Position numbers and translations under genes: made by a program. A stretch of DNA of 64,000 bases from an uncultured Selenomonas sp. (lineage in GTDB: Bacteria; Bacillota; Negativicutes; Selenomonadales; Selenomonadaceae), in NCBI GenBank assembly GCA_916438625.1, contig CAKAFE010000001.1, forward strand, positions 658,445 through 722,444, given 5' to 3'. This document shows positions 10,014 through 22,409 of the stretch, piece after piece. Each line of letters begins with the position of its first letter. Position 1 is the stretch's first letter. The notes beneath the pieces are model-generated. The model saw only the letters and a program-made list of their open reading frames with translations, was not told the origin of the DNA and did not search any database.

Positions 10014-12322
10014 TTGAAAAAGAAGATGCTTGCCCTTGGCTTGTCCCTGTATCTTTCCACGGGAATGGCAGCGGCGGCTTCCTTGCCGCCGACCTTGCCG
10101 CTTTCCGAGGTATACCCGGGCATGGAGGGGACGGCGTACACCGTGGTCGATGAGACGGGGGAGATCCTGCCGTTCCACGTCGATATCGTAGGCACTTTCG
10201 AGGAAGGCTCCTCGACGAACCGCATCATGGCGAAGGCGTCCGGACCGGTCGTCGAGCGCACGGGCGGCGCGCTGCAGGGCATGAGCGGCAGTCCTGTCTA
10301 TGTGGACGGCTCGCTCGTCGGCGCGCTTTCGGCGGGCATCAAGGGCATGAGTCTCTATACGTTCTTCATCACGCCGATCGACGAGATGCTGCCGATCTGG
10401 GATATGCCCGACTACAAGGCGGTTCATCTGAAGAAGGACGAGAAGAAAAAGGAAGCGGAAGCCGCGTCGGAGGGCGAGGAAAAGGCAGGCGAGGGCGAGC
10501 CGCAGCAAGAAGGGGAAAGCCGCGCCAAGCTGGAAAAGGAAGCCTTGCCGGAACTTGCCGAGGAAAGGGCGCAGGATCACGGAAAGAAGCCCCTGAAGAA
10601 GGCGAAGGACAAGAATGCGGAAAAGGTGAAGGAGTCCCAGGACGGCAAGGGATCCGGCAAGGGAGAATCGGCAGCGGCAAAGGATCCGGCAACGGAGAAG
10701 AAGCCCGCCGATGCAGGGAAGAAACACGCGAATGCGAGAAGAAACCCGCCGATGCAGCGAAGAAACACGCGGGCGCGGGAAGAAGCCCGCCAGTGCAGAG
10801 AAGAAGCACGCGGACGCAGAGAAGAAGCCCGCGGACGCAGAGAAAAAGCCCGCGGACGCGGGAAGAAGCCTGCCGAGACAGGGAAGAGCCGACGCGGAGA
10901 AGAAGCCCGCCGAGGCAGCGAAGGAAGCTGCCGATGCAGCAGAGCAGCCTGCGGCGAAGAAGCACGAGACCGAAGCAAGATCGGCGCTTTATCTCGCGGG
11001 CTTTGGCAGCAGCGGTTCTTCCTACATGGAGGAGAAGCTTGCCTCCATTGGTTTCAAGGCGGAGATATGCCCGCGTTCGGCACGCCGACGCCCGGTGCGC
11101 ATGTCGTCTATGATGCGTCTCTCTCGCCCGGCAGCGCCATCGGCGTCGCTGTCGTCTATGGCGATTTTTCCGTCGGCGCGACGGGGACGGTGACGGCGGT
11201 CGATGAGAGGCGCGTGCTCGCTTTCGGCCATCCCTTTCCTGCACAAGGGCAATGTGAACTACTTCATGACGGAGGCCAAAGTCATCGGCACGATCAGCGG
11301 CCCGACGGAAGGCATGAAGATCGCGAGCATCGGCAACATCATCGGGCGCATCAATCAGGATCGGGAGGCAGGCGTTTCCGGCATCATCGGCGCCTTCCCC
11401 GAGAGCGTGCCGATGCGCGTGCGCGTGAAGGATACGTCGCTCGGCTACGACAAGAAGTTTACGGCGCAGATCGCCTATGACGAGGACTTCCTGCCGATCC
11501 TTGTGCCGGGCATCGCCTATGCGGCGATGGGCAAGACATCGGACACGGTGGGCGAGGCGACGGCGAACCTCAAGTTCACGATCCGCACGACGGCGGTCGA
11601 GGATGGCAGGATCGAGCGTTCGAACATGTACTACACGGGTTCCGATGTCGGGCAGGCTTCTGTGGGCGAGTTGGCGCAGGTCGTCTCTCTCCTCTGCCAG
11701 AACACGGATGAGGCGGCCGACGTGACCTCGATCGACGTGGACATCGAGATGGAAAGCGCCCGCAAGACGGCCTCCCTGATTTCCGCCGTGCCCGAGAAGC
11801 CTTCGGTGAAGCCGGGCGAGACGGTGAATTTCCGCACGACGATCAAGCCCTTCCGCAAGGAGAAGGAAGAGCTCTGATCCCCTACCATGTGCCCGAGAGC
11901 CGGGCGCCGGGCGTCCTGAGCCTCGACGTGCGCGGCGGCAGCTTCATCCCTGTGACGACGGCTCTGCTGCAGAACGCGCTCGGCATCGACACGAGCGTCG
12001 AGGAGGACAAGACGCAGACGACGGCGGACAAGGTCAAGCAGTTCCTGCAGCTCGGCAAGAACAACGAGATCATCGTCGCGCCGGCCATCGCGTCCAACCT
12101 GCCCCTTTCGCCGGAGGCGAAGAAAGAGGCGAAGAAACGGCTGAAGAAGGCAGAGAGCGCACAGCAGGGGAAGCAAAAGAGCCGGGAAAGCGCGTCGATC
12201 TTTTTGGGACAGCAGGCGAAAAAAAGAAGGGCAATCCGCTCGAAACAAAGGTTGAGACGGGCTATGTCATAGACAATGTGATCCACACTTCGTTGATGAT
12301 CGAGGAAGAGGACAAGAAATGA
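10014..12322 (+). CDS. SpoIVB-family (S55) peptidase domain protein, several frameshifts
   Basis: GMEGTAYTV, QGMSGSPVYVDG, GTVTAVD...AFGHPF, INQDR; stop overlaps mlaE start. Confidence 0.8.
10692..10915 (+). repeat. About 11 degenerate 21-bp tandem units encoding (A/T)EKKPAD
   Basis: Consensus gcagagaagaagcccgcggac read directly. Confidence 0.9.
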
Positions 12323-13089
12323 TGACGCGGCTGCTGGAGAACGTCGGTTCTTTCGTGCTCGAAAAGATCGAGTGGGTCGGCTCCGTCATCTTGCTCCTCG
12401 CCGCTGCTGTCAAAGAGCTGCGCCGGCCCTTGCGCCTGCGCCACATATTCGCGCAGATGTCGCATCTCGGCGTCGATTCGCTCGCCATCGTCGCGCTGAC
12501 GATGCTCTTCACGGGCATGGTCATGACGCTGCAGATCGCGCATGAGTTCATCCGCTTTGGCGCACAGTCGACGATCGGCGGCGTCGTCGCCATCGCGATC
12601 GGCAGGGAGCTGGGCCCCGTGCTCGTCGGCGTCGTCTGCGCGGGGCGCGTGGGTTCCGCCATCACGGCGGAGATCAGCACGATGAAGGTCACGGAGCAGA
12701 TCGACGCGCTGCGCGTCATGGCGACCAGCCCCATCGGCTACCTCGTCGTGCCGCGCATGATCGCGTGCATGTGCATGGTGCCTCTTCTGACGGTCTTCGG
12801 CGACGTCATCGGCGTCTTTGGCGGCTGGTTCGTCGCCACGCAGTATGCGGACATCGCCTCGTACACGTTCACGAGTTCCATCGATCTCTTCGTCGTACCG
12901 CATGACGTCGCGGGCGGCCTTGTCAAAAGCTGCCGTGTTCGGCGTCGTCATCGCTGTCCTCGGCGCATGGTACGGGCTTCACGCACCCGAGGGGCGGAGG
13001 GCGTGGGGCGCGCGACGACGCGGAGCGTCGTCGCAGCGATCGTCTGCATCTTCTTTTTGAATGTGTTCCTTTCGTTCTTGCTGTATTGA
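12319..13089 (+). CDS. mlaE: MlaE-family ABC permease (compensating frameshifts near 3' end)
   Basis: RELGPVL, AGRVGSAITAEISTMKVTEQIDAL, GAEGVGRATTRSVV. Confidence 0.92.
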   Translation: MMTRLLENVGSFVLEKIEWVGSVILLLAAAVKELRRPLRLRHIFAQMSHLGVDSLAIVALTMLFTGMVMTLQIAHEFIRFGAQSTIGGVVAIAIGRELGPVLVGVVCAGRVGSAITAEISTMKVTEQIDALRVMATSPIGYLVVPRMIACMCMVPLLTVFGDVIGVFGGWFVATQYADIASYTFTSSIDLFVVPHDVAGGLVKSCRVRRRHRCPRRMVRASRTRGAEGVGRATTRSVVAAIVCIFFLNVFLSFLLY

Positions 13090-13126
13090 ATCGGCGTTTC
13101 CTTGACTTCTGCTGCCGGGGGAAGAT

Positions 13127-13875
13127 ATGATCAGACTGGAAGATGTGACGAAGACGTTTGCCTCCCATGACGCGGTGCATCGCGTCAGCTTCTGCGTCGA
13201 GGACGGGGAGACGCTCGCCGTCATCGGCGGCTCGGGCTCGGGCAAGAGCACGCTCCTGCGGCTCATCATCGGCCTGATCCGCCCGACTTCGGGCAGGATC
13301 TGGATCGGCGATGCGGAGATTTCGCAGATGTCGGAAGCCGAGCTGGATGTGGTGCGGCTCAAGATGGGCATGGTCTTTCAGTATTCGGCGCTCTTCGATT
13401 CCATGACCGTCGGCGAGAACGTCGCCTTCGACTGCGCGAGCACAGGCGGCTCAAGGAGTCGGAAATCGAGCGCATCGTGCGCGAGAAGCTGCAGCTCGTA
13501 GGTCTTGCGGGCAGCGAGCGCATGATGCCGGGAGAGCTTTCCGGCGGCATGAAGAAGCGCGTGAGCCTGGCGCGTGCCATTGCCATCGACCCTGCCGTCA
13601 TCCTCTACGATGAGCCCAGTTCGGGGCTTGACCCCATCACGTCGGCGAAGATCGACGACCTCATCATCGAGACGCAGAGGAAGCTTTGCGTGACGAGCAT
13701 CGTCGTGACGCACGACATGGCGAGCGCCTGCCGGATCGCCGACCGCATCGCCATGCTCGATCGCGGCGAACTTATCGCGCTCGATACGGTCGAGAGGTTC
13801 AGAAAGCTCGAAGATCCGCGCGTGCGAGCGTTTTTCCGCGCCGTGGAGATGGAAGAAAAGGAGGCGAGAATATGA
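13127..13875 (+). CDS. mlaF: MlaF-family ABC ATPase (frameshift ~13430)
   Basis: GGSGSGKS, FQYSALFDSM, LSGGMKKRV, YDEPSSGLDP. Confidence 0.92.
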
Positions 13876-15155
13876 CGACGGAAGCGAAGGTGGGGGCGTT
13901 CACGCTGCTCGGCATCGTGCTTTTGGTGGCGGTGCTTTTGCAGCTTCAGGGATTTTCTTTTTCGACGAGCCGCAATTATACGATATATGTGGGTTTCGAA
14001 CAGGTCATAGGGCTCGCGCCGGAAGCTGACGTGCGCTATGCAGGCGTCCTCGCGGGCAAGGTCAAGGCCATAGAGCCGGAGGGCACAGGCGTCCGCGTGA
14101 CGCTTTCCATCCATCCCGAAATACAGATTCCGCGCGATGCGCGCATCTCCCTCGCAGCGAACAGCGTCCTCGGCGACAAGTTCGTCCTCATTTCTCCCGC
14201 TGGCTCGAAGAGCACGGATTATCTGAAGGAGGGCGACTTCGTCATCGCCACGGAGGAGGCGAGCGTCGACTCCGTGCTCGCCAATGTGAACGAGGCGATC
14301 CGCGATGTGCATGGCCTCCTCGGTTCCTTGAACGACATCCTGGGCAATCCGCGCATGAAGGAATCGGTTCTGGGCTCGGCGGAGAACGTGCGCGAGGTCA
14401 CCGCGCATATCCGCGATGTGACGGCCGTGCTCGGGCGCGTCGCACTGCAGAACGAGGGCAATATGCACGCGATGATGCAGGAGATGCGCGTGATTCTCGC
14501 GAATCTTTCCGCGACGACGGAGACGGTGCGCCAGATGGCGGCCGACGTCTCCGACGACGGCGCGACAGCGGCCAACCTTCGTCTGACGCTTCTGAACGTC
14601 GCCAAGGCGAGCGAGAACATCCGCCTGGTGGCTGAGGAGATGCACGATGTCACGGGCGATCCGACGGTGCGCGAAGATCTCAAGGCGACGATCCATCAGG
14701 CGCGCGCCGTCACGGAAAAGGCGAACGAGACGCTCGATGGTTTCAGGAGCATCGAGGCGAAGCCTTCGGTCGAGGTTCTCTACAGCGGCAAGGAAAGCGA
14801 CTGGATCACGAATTTCAACGTCGACATTTCCAAGGAAAGCAAGCCCGACCGCTTCCTGCGCGTCGGTATCGAGGATATCGGCGGGGAGGACGGACTGAAC
14901 CTTGAGGTCGGGCGCACGAAGGGAAGCCTCGGCGCGCGCGCAGGATTGATCGCGGGCGATCCCGGCATCGGCATCGACGCAGAGGTCGGCAGGCGCTGGC
15001 GTCTCTCTGCCGACGCTTACGATCCGGACGATTTCCGCCTGCGCGTTTCCGCGCTGTACCGCCTGCGCGACGATACGTATCTGATGGGACAGCTCAGAGA
15101 TCTCAACCGCAGCGAGCGGCGTGCCGCCTACTTCGGTCTGCACCAGTCATTTTAG
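13872..15155 (+). CDS. mlaD: MlaD/MCE protein with long helical region and C-terminal beta-barrel-like domain
   Basis: EAKVGAF TM, GLAPEADVRYAGV MCE motif, amphipathic strands ending YFGLHQSF. Confidence 0.88.
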   Translation: MTTEAKVGAFTLLGIVLLVAVLLQLQGFSFSTSRNYTIYVGFEQVIGLAPEADVRYAGVLAGKVKAIEPEGTGVRVTLSIHPEIQIPRDARISLAANSVLGDKFVLISPAGSKSTDYLKEGDFVIATEEASVDSVLANVNEAIRDVHGLLGSLNDILGNPRMKESVLGSAENVREVTAHIRDVTAVLGRVALQNEGNMHAMMQEMRVILANLSATTETVRQMAADVSDDGATAANLRLTLLNVAKASENIRLVAEEMHDVTGDPTVREDLKATIHQARAVTEKANETLDGFRSIEAKPSVEVLYSGKESDWITNFNVDISKESKPDRFLRVGIEDIGGEDGLNLEVGRTKGSLGARAGLIAGDPGIGIDAEVGRRWRLSADAYDPDDFRLRVSALYRLRDDTYLMGQLRDLNRSERRAAYFGLHQSF

Positions 15156-15166
15156 GAGGAATCATT

Positions 15167-16740
15167 GTGAAGCAGTCAAGCCTTTTTTTCCAAGAAGCTC
15201 GCGGCTCTCGTCGCGGGCGGCCTCTTCTCCTTGAGCCTTGCCTCTCCGGCTGCGGCGGCGGAAACACGCTCGCTCGCCCTCGCCGAGAGCGTGGAGCTCG
15301 CGCTTGAGAACAACCGGACGATCAAGGCGGCGGTGACGGATGTGGATGCGGCGGACTGGGCGTACCACGAAGCGCGCCGCAATGCCGGTCGAAGCTCACG
15401 CTCTCGACGCAGGGCAACCGCGTCGGCGGCAAGGCGTACAAGATGTACGGCCACGACTATGCGTACCGGAGCAGCGCTTCGCTCGCCTTCCCGCTCTACA
15501 CGGGCGGCACGATCGAGCACGGCATCGAGGCGGCGCGCTACGGCGTGAACAATGCCGACCTCGCGCTTGAGAGCACGAAGCAGGCGGTGCGCTACCAGAC
15601 GACCGGCCAGTATTTCAAGGCGCTTGAGTACCGCAATCTCATCAAGGTCGGCGAGATGTCCGTCGCCAACCTGAAAAGCCACCTCGACAACGTGAACGCG
15701 CAGTACAGCGTCGGCACGGTCGCGCGTTCCGATGTGCTCGCCTCCCAGGTTTCGCTCGCGAACGCCGAGCAGAACCTCGTGAACGTGACGAACAACTATG
15801 ACGTCGCCATCGCCGAGCTGAACAAGCTCATCGGCTTGCCGCTGGGCACGAAGCTCTCGCTGGCGGACGAGCTTTCTTACAGGAAGTACGATCTGACGCT
15901 GGAGGCCTGCACGGAGTATGCGCTCGCGCACCGCGCGGACGGCATCGCAGCGGACTACGCCGTGCGTCAGGCGAACGCCGCCATGGAGGCGACGCGCGGC
16001 GCGTCCCTGCCGCAGGTCAGCGCGGCGGCGGCGCGCACGATCGGCGGCGACAGCCTCTTCTCCTCGAACACGGACTCGGCGGACACCGGTCGATCGGCAT
16101 ACAGGCGAACTGGGCGGCTTTCGACAACAACGTCACGCAGGCGCAGGTGAACGAGAAGCGCGCGGCCGTGCACAAGCTGCAGCAGGCGGCGGAGAGTGCG
16201 CATGAGCAGATCGCGCTCGACGTGCATACCGCCTATCTGAGCCTCTTGGCGGCAGAGAAGAACATCAAGACGACGAGCGCCGCCGTCGAGCGCGCCGTCG
16301 AGGACTTCAAGATCGCACAGGTGCGCTATTCGGCGGGCGTCGGCACGAACCTCGACGTGACGGACGCCGACGAGAAGCTCGTCACGGCGCAGACGAACTA
16401 CTACGATGCGCTTTACAGCTACAACATCAGCAAGGCGGCGCTCGACCGCGCCATGGGGCTGCCCGTCGACCTCGACGCCGTTTCCTATCAGGAGAAGGTG
16501 GACATGAAGGCCTACAAGGAAGCGAAGGAGGAGGCGCAGGCGGCGCTCTACCATACGGATGCGGCGGCAGAGAAGATGGCCGCCGAGCAGAAGGCGCTCG
16601 ATGAAAAGAGCGGGCAGAGACGCACGGCGAGGGAGGACGCTGCGGTTCCTGTGAAGCGGGACGTACCCGTCAAGACGGCGCCCGTGGCGACTGCGCCGAA
16701 GGATGCGGCAAGCGAAACGGCTGCCGCCGGAGCCAGATAA
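15167..16740 (+). CDS. TolC-family outer membrane channel (frameshifts ~15390, ~16087)
   Basis: LALENN, FPLYTGG, YSVGTVARSDVL, RYSAGVGTNLDV. Confidence 0.88.
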
Positions 16741-16803
16741 GGCGCCGAGAGGATCGTTTTTCTCTCGCGCAGCCGATCGAAGAGAGATGAGGAGGAAGAG
16801 CCG

Positions 16804-19800
16804 ATGAAGAAAAGGCGCATTGCTTTTGCTGCAGCCGTCATCGTGCTCTTCTTTTTTGCGCTCGTCTGCGGCACGGCGGTCTACATCGCGCGCACCGGCG
16901 CTTACGTCGAAGAGGCGGGCAGGACGCTTTCGGCAAGAGCGTCCGAGGCGCTCGGCGTTCCCGTCATCATCGACGCCGTGCGCGTCGATTCCCTGCATAC
17001 GCTCACGCTCGACGGCATCACGGTGCGGGACAAGGCGGGCGAGGACATCCTTCGCGCCGCCCACGCCGAAGTGGAGATGAGCCTCCCGGCGGCGTTCTCT
17101 TCGCCCGCCGCCGCGGTCTCCCGCGTGACGGTGCAGGAGCCGTCGCTTTTTCCTGCGCCAACGCGAGGATGGCAGCTGGAATGCGTCCGATCTCGTGCAG
17201 GAAGAAGAGGGCGAAGGTGATTTTTCGCGGCAAGGTCAGCGTGCGCGAGGGCAGGGCGGACATCGCCGTTTCGGGCAAGCAGGTCGCTTTGCAGGACATC
17301 CGGGCGGAGCTGGATTTTGCGCAGGCATCCGCTGTCGCCGTCGAGGCCGAGGGAAAGTGCGAGAGCGCGTCGCTCGCTGTCGAAGGCGAGGTTTCGTCGG
17401 CGCGCCAGGAGCTGAAGATCAAGGGCGAGAACATCGACGCGATGGACTACATCGCCTTTCTGCCCGAAGGCACGCTTCCCGAGGAGATCGAGCTTGAGGC
17501 TCTTCGCGTTGACGAGACGGCGCTGAAGCTCGTGCGCGGGGCGGATGAGCTCGCGCTTTCGGGCGACGTGCGCCTTTCGGGAGCGAAAGCGCTCGTCTGC
17601 GGCACGGAGGTCGAGGCGCCGGACGGACTCGTCATCTTCTCGGGCAAGGAAGCGCGTATCTTTCTGCGCGCTTCGGCGGAAGGACAGCAGGCGTCCGCCC
17701 ATGGCAAGGTCGATTGGCAGGAGGAAGCGCCGCGCTTCAACTTCGTCGTGGAGTCCGCCGCCTTTGATCCGTCGAAGATTTTGGCGCAGAGTCCCTTTGA
17801 GGGTTCTGTGCGCATCCTCGCTTCCGTCTACGGCACGCCGGCAGATTGGAAGATCGACGGTGAGTGCGAGGCTCCGGCCGCGACGCTCTATGGCACGGCG
17901 CTTTCCAAAGTGAAGGCGAAGGCGCACTACGAGGACGGCCTCCTGACGGCGAGCGGCGAGGCGTCTTCTTTGGGCGGCGCCATCCGCGGGACGCGGGGCG
18001 CTCCGCACCGCGGATGGCTCCTACAGCGCAAGCGTCGAAGCGAAGGGGATTTCCGGCGAGCAGATCGCCTCCGTCCTTTCGACGGAAGGGCTTTCTCTCG
18101 TGGGAAGCTACGGCGCGGACGTCGTGCTGAGCGGCAAGGGGACGGATGTCGAATCCCTTCTCGCTTACGGGACGTTGTCGGGCGAGGGCGCTTCCTTCGG
18201 CGGCGTTGCGGCGGAGCAGGTTTCCGCCTCCTTCTTCAAGCAGGGCGATGTCCTTCATTTCGACAATCTCAACGCTTCGTTTGCGGCGGGCGGCACGCTC
18301 GTCGTCGAGGGCGATGTCGATGTGCGCGGCGGCGGGATGCTCGACCTGCGCTTTTACGGCACGGCATTGCCGCTCTCGCTCGTCGATGCGTTCGCATCCC
18401 GCAGCAGAGGGCGAAGGCACGCTCGACATCGCAGGCTCCGTGCGCGGCGCATCGTCGAATCCTGAGATCGAAGCGGACTTCGAGGGACTGGCGGGCAGCC
18501 TCTTCCATCAGCCTTTCGACACCTTGAAGGGCGCTGTGCATGGCAGCGCTGACGCCGTATCGTCATCGAGCGCCTCTCGGCGGAGCGCGGCGGCAAGGAA
18601 ACGTGGATCGCCGAGGGCAGCATCGGACTTGCGGGCGAGAGACGCATCGACCTGCGCGTCGATTCCATCGGCGCACGCATGGAGGACATCGCGGCCGTCG
18701 TCGCGCCCGACCAGCCGATCACGGGCAACGTGGACAACACGATCCGCGTGACGGGCACGCTCGACAATCCGTCGGCGGTCGGCTACATCCACTTCTATCG
18801 CGGCAGCTACAATGGCTATATCCTCTCGGGCATGGACGGCGACTACTTTTTGGAGGACGGCGTCGTGCGCCTGCAGGACTTCCATATCTTCTCGCCGCTC
18901 GTCGACGTCGATTTGAACGGCACGGTCACGCAGGAAGGCGCGCTCGACCTCTATGCCGATGTGCACGACGTGAGCCTCGACCGCTTCGGCAGCAAGCTGC
19001 CCTATCCGGTCAGCGGCCACGGCACCTTTGCCGGCCATGTCGCGGGCACGCTCCAGATCCCGAAATTCGTCGGCGTGCTCGACGCGAAGACGCTGCAGCT
19101 CAACGGACAGACGATCGACTCGGTGCACGGCGAGCTCATCTACGACAAGAATGTGCTGCGCATCGAGAACACCAGCTTCAAGCAGAACGGCGGCGTCTAC
19201 GCGATGAAATGCACGACGAATCTCGACTCGCAGACGCTTGACGGCATACTGCAGGTGGAAAAGCGGCGATGTGCATGCGCTCTTTGCCATCGGCAATCTC
19301 AAGAACGATGTTCTGGAAGGACGGTTAAACGGTACGATCCGGCTCGCGGGCACCTTGGAGAATCCCCAGGCGCATCTCGACGCCGTCGTCAACGAGGGCA
19401 AGGCGGCAGGCTATGCGATACGCGACATGGCTCTCGATGTGAAGCTTTCCAATCACGTCGTGACGATCGAAGAGCTGCGCGGCAGACAGGGCGAGGGCGT
19501 CTTCGCTGCCAAGGGGAGGATCCCGCTGAACGGCGAGGCGATGGATGCGCAGTTCGCCGCGAACGGCATCGCTGCCGGCATGGTCGCGAAGGCGGCGGGC
19601 GCTTCCGCCGATGTGCGCGGCACGATCGATCTCGCCGTGCAGTTCGGCGGCACCTTGGAGAATCCCAAGGCCAATGCCTCCATCGAAGTGAAGAACGGCG
19701 GCGTCGGCGCCTCGACCTTCGACGACATGACAGGGACTCTTGAACGTCAAGGACGGCGTCATCGCCATCGAGCAGCTTTTCGTGAAGAAGAAGCTCGGTG

Positions 19801-21157
19801 AGCATAGCTACGGTGCGAGCGCCAAGGGCAGAGTCCCCGTGAAGAGCCTGACTGCGGCTGTGGACGAGCGCCTCGCGGCGTCCGAGCAGATCGATCTCAC
19901 GGTCTCGCTCGACAATGCGGATCTCTCGCTCCTGCCGATCCTTTCGCCTGCCGTCGAATGGGCGCTCGGCCCGACGCAGGGCAAGGTGCGCGTGACGGGC
20001 ACGCTCGAAAAGCCGCAGTTCGCCGGCGAAGTCACCGTTTCCGATGGCGCCTTGAAGTTCAAGGACGTCGCGACTCCTGTGACGGAGATGAAGGCGCGGC
20101 TGCGCTTCTTCGGCAGCAGCATCACGCTGGAGGACTGCACGGGCAGGATGGGCGCGGGCACGTACCGCGTCCGAGGGGCAGACGGCCATCAAGAACGGCG
20201 GTTTCTGCGATTACATGCTCGATTTCCAGGCGGACGAGCTTTCTGTCGTCAGCAGTTTCTATGACGGACCTTTGACGGCGGAATTCCATCTGGAAGAAGG
20301 GGAGAGGAACGGCAGGAAGATGCCGAAGCTCACGGGAGGCGTCCGCATCCATCATGCGACGCTTTCCATCCCGTCTCCCCGATACCGAGAGCACGCTGCC
20401 CGAGATGATCTTGGATGTCGGCGTGACGCTCGATGAGCGCGTGCGTTTCTACGACCCCGCGCTCTACGATATGCGCCTTTCGGGCGCCTTCCGCTACGGG
20501 GGAACGACGCGCCAGGTCGAGCCTTCGGGCACGATCTTGGTCGAGCGCGGCACGATCACCTACAACAAGGCGCGCTTTCACGATCCGCGACGGCGAGGCG
20601 TACTTCAACCGGGTCGGCTCATTCCTGCCGAGCCTTACGCTGGAGGCGGAGGCTCGCGTCGGCAAGATGCGCATCTTCCTGCACGCGAAAGGGACGCATC
20701 GGCGCGATGGAGACGCGCTTGACCTCAATGCCTGAGATGAGCGAGACGGAGATCTTGAGCCTGTTGACGTTCCAGACGCCGGATCTGAAGAGCTCCCAGG
20801 CGCTCACTTCCCTTTTGACCTTCGGTCTTTCCATGACGGTCCTCGGCGACTTCGAGGCGAACGTGAAGAATGCGCTCGGCTTGGACGAGTTCCGAATCGC
20901 GGGCGAGGATGTGACGACGGCGGAGGCGGGCGCGGGCGCGATGAAGCCCGGCGAGATGTCGCATGATATCGAGATACACGCTGGAGGTCGGCAAGTACAT
21001 CAACGACCGGGTCATGCTGCGCTATAAGCAGGGCATTGGCAACAAGACGCGCGCCTTCGGCGTGAGCTATGATTTCAATGACCGCATGAGCATCTATTGG
21101 AATCGTGATGAAGATGCGAAGTCGGTCGTCGGCGTCGAAGCGCGCATCAAGTTCTGA
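16804..21157 (+). CDS. tamB: TamB/AsmA-like transenvelope protein, many frameshifts
   Basis: N-terminal TM, repeated GTLENP beta motifs, C-terminal LGLDEFRI...VGKYI...ARIKF. Confidence 0.82.
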
Positions 21158-21168
21158 GGAGGGGCGTC

Positions 21169-21795
21169 ATGAGACTCGAAGAATATCTGCGCGAGCTGGA
21201 AAAGGTCGAGCTCCTTGCGCCCGAAGAAGAGCGGCGCCTGTGGCAGGCGTTCAGGGAGCGCGGCGAGAGGGCGGCGCGTCAGCGTCTGATCGAATCATAC
21301 CAGCCGCTCGTCTTCAAGACGGCGCTTCCTTGGCGCACGAGCGACGTCGTCATGGACATCATCCAGGAGGGAACCGTCGGCCTCATCGAGGCGGCGGAGA
21401 GCTTCGACTGGCAGCGCGGCGTGGCGTTCAGCCTCTTCGCCGTTCACCGCATACGCGGCAGGATGCTGAACTTCCTGCAGAGGGAAGGCAGACGCGACAT
21501 CGCCTGCATGGATGAGCCGCGCACGGACGGCAGGAGCCCATGGGAGCTCCTGCCCGATCCGGCGCTTTCCGTTGCCGAGCAGACGGAACTCGGCCTGATG
21601 ACGGAGGAGCTTCATCGGGCGCTTGCGCGTCTGCCGCAGAAAGAACGGCTCGTCTTGGAAGGCGTCTATCTGAAAAGCGAGGCGGTGGCAAAGATCGCCG
21701 AGGTGCTCGATGTCAGCGCGGCGCACATCTATCGGCTGCAAAAGAGCGGCGTGCGGCGCGTGCGCGGCATGCTTTCGCGCTTCATGCGCTTTTGA
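21169..21795 (+). CDS. Sigma-70 family alternative sigma factor
   Basis: LIESYQPLV, DIIQEGTVGLIEAAESFDWQRGVAFSLFA, region 4 HTH. Confidence 0.88.
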   Translation: MRLEEYLRELEKVELLAPEEERRLWQAFRERGERAARQRLIESYQPLVFKTALPWRTSDVVMDIIQEGTVGLIEAAESFDWQRGVAFSLFAVHRIRGRMLNFLQREGRRDIACMDEPRTDGRSPWELLPDPALSVAEQTELGLMTEELHRALARLPQKERLVLEGVYLKSEAVAKIAEVLDVSAAHIYRLQKSGVRRVRGMLSRFMRF

Positions 21796-21808
21796 AAGGT
21801 GGAAGACG

Positions 21809-22405
21809 ATGGTAGGGGAAAGAGAGACTCTTCGCGCATGTCAAGGCGGCGAAGGATTGGCTGGGACGTGCGGAATCCTCGCTGGAGCGGGAGGAAGACG
21901 TCAGGGGCGGATTGAGCCTGATGCTGGCCGAAGCGGAGCTGCAGCGTGCGCGGGAGACGCAGAGGAAGAAGCGGTTTCGTGCAGTTTCTCGCACCCGCGC
22001 TCGCCCTTCTTCTCGCGGCCGGCGCAGGCCTCGCTTGGCGCGCGTGGGAGCCGTCTCCCGAGAAGGGGGCGGCAGAAGCCGTGGCGGAGCTTTCCGCCGG
22101 GACATCCGGAGCCGGTGCGGATGACGACGATCGCTGCGCCGCCCGCGCCTGTTCCGGAGCCGGAAGCGTCCGTGCCGCTGGAGGAGCCGGCGCGGAGCGC
22201 GCCCGTGCATGACGCCGGCGCGGTCTTGGAAGAGGCGGCGCTGGCACGGCCGACGGAAGGCGAGGCGACGGAAACGAAGGAAGCGCCGCCCGCACGAGAA
22301 GAGCGTGCGGGGCGAAGAGCGCAGGAAGCCAAGGAGCCTGCAGCGCCGCCGGCAGAGGAGATGCAGAAGCTCATGCTGTCCGCGGGCCGCGTGCTGCGCG
22401 AATGA
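21809..22405 (+). CDS. Hypothetical single-pass membrane protein with Pro/Ala/Glu-rich linker (frameshifted)
   Basis: Helical N-terminus, TM ALALLLAAGAGLAW, C-terminal EMQKLMLSAGRVLRE. Confidence 0.6.
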   Translation: MVGERETLRACQGGEGLAGTCGILAGAGGRRQGRIEPDAGRSGAAACAGDAEEEAVSCSFSHPRSPFFSRPAQASLGARGSRLPRRGRQKPWRSFPPGHPEPVRMTTIAAPPAPVPEPEASVPLEEPARSAPVHDAGAVLEEAALARPTEGEATETKEAPPAREERAGRRAQEAKEPAAPPAEEMQKLMLSAGRVLRE

Positions 22406-22409
22406 GCTC

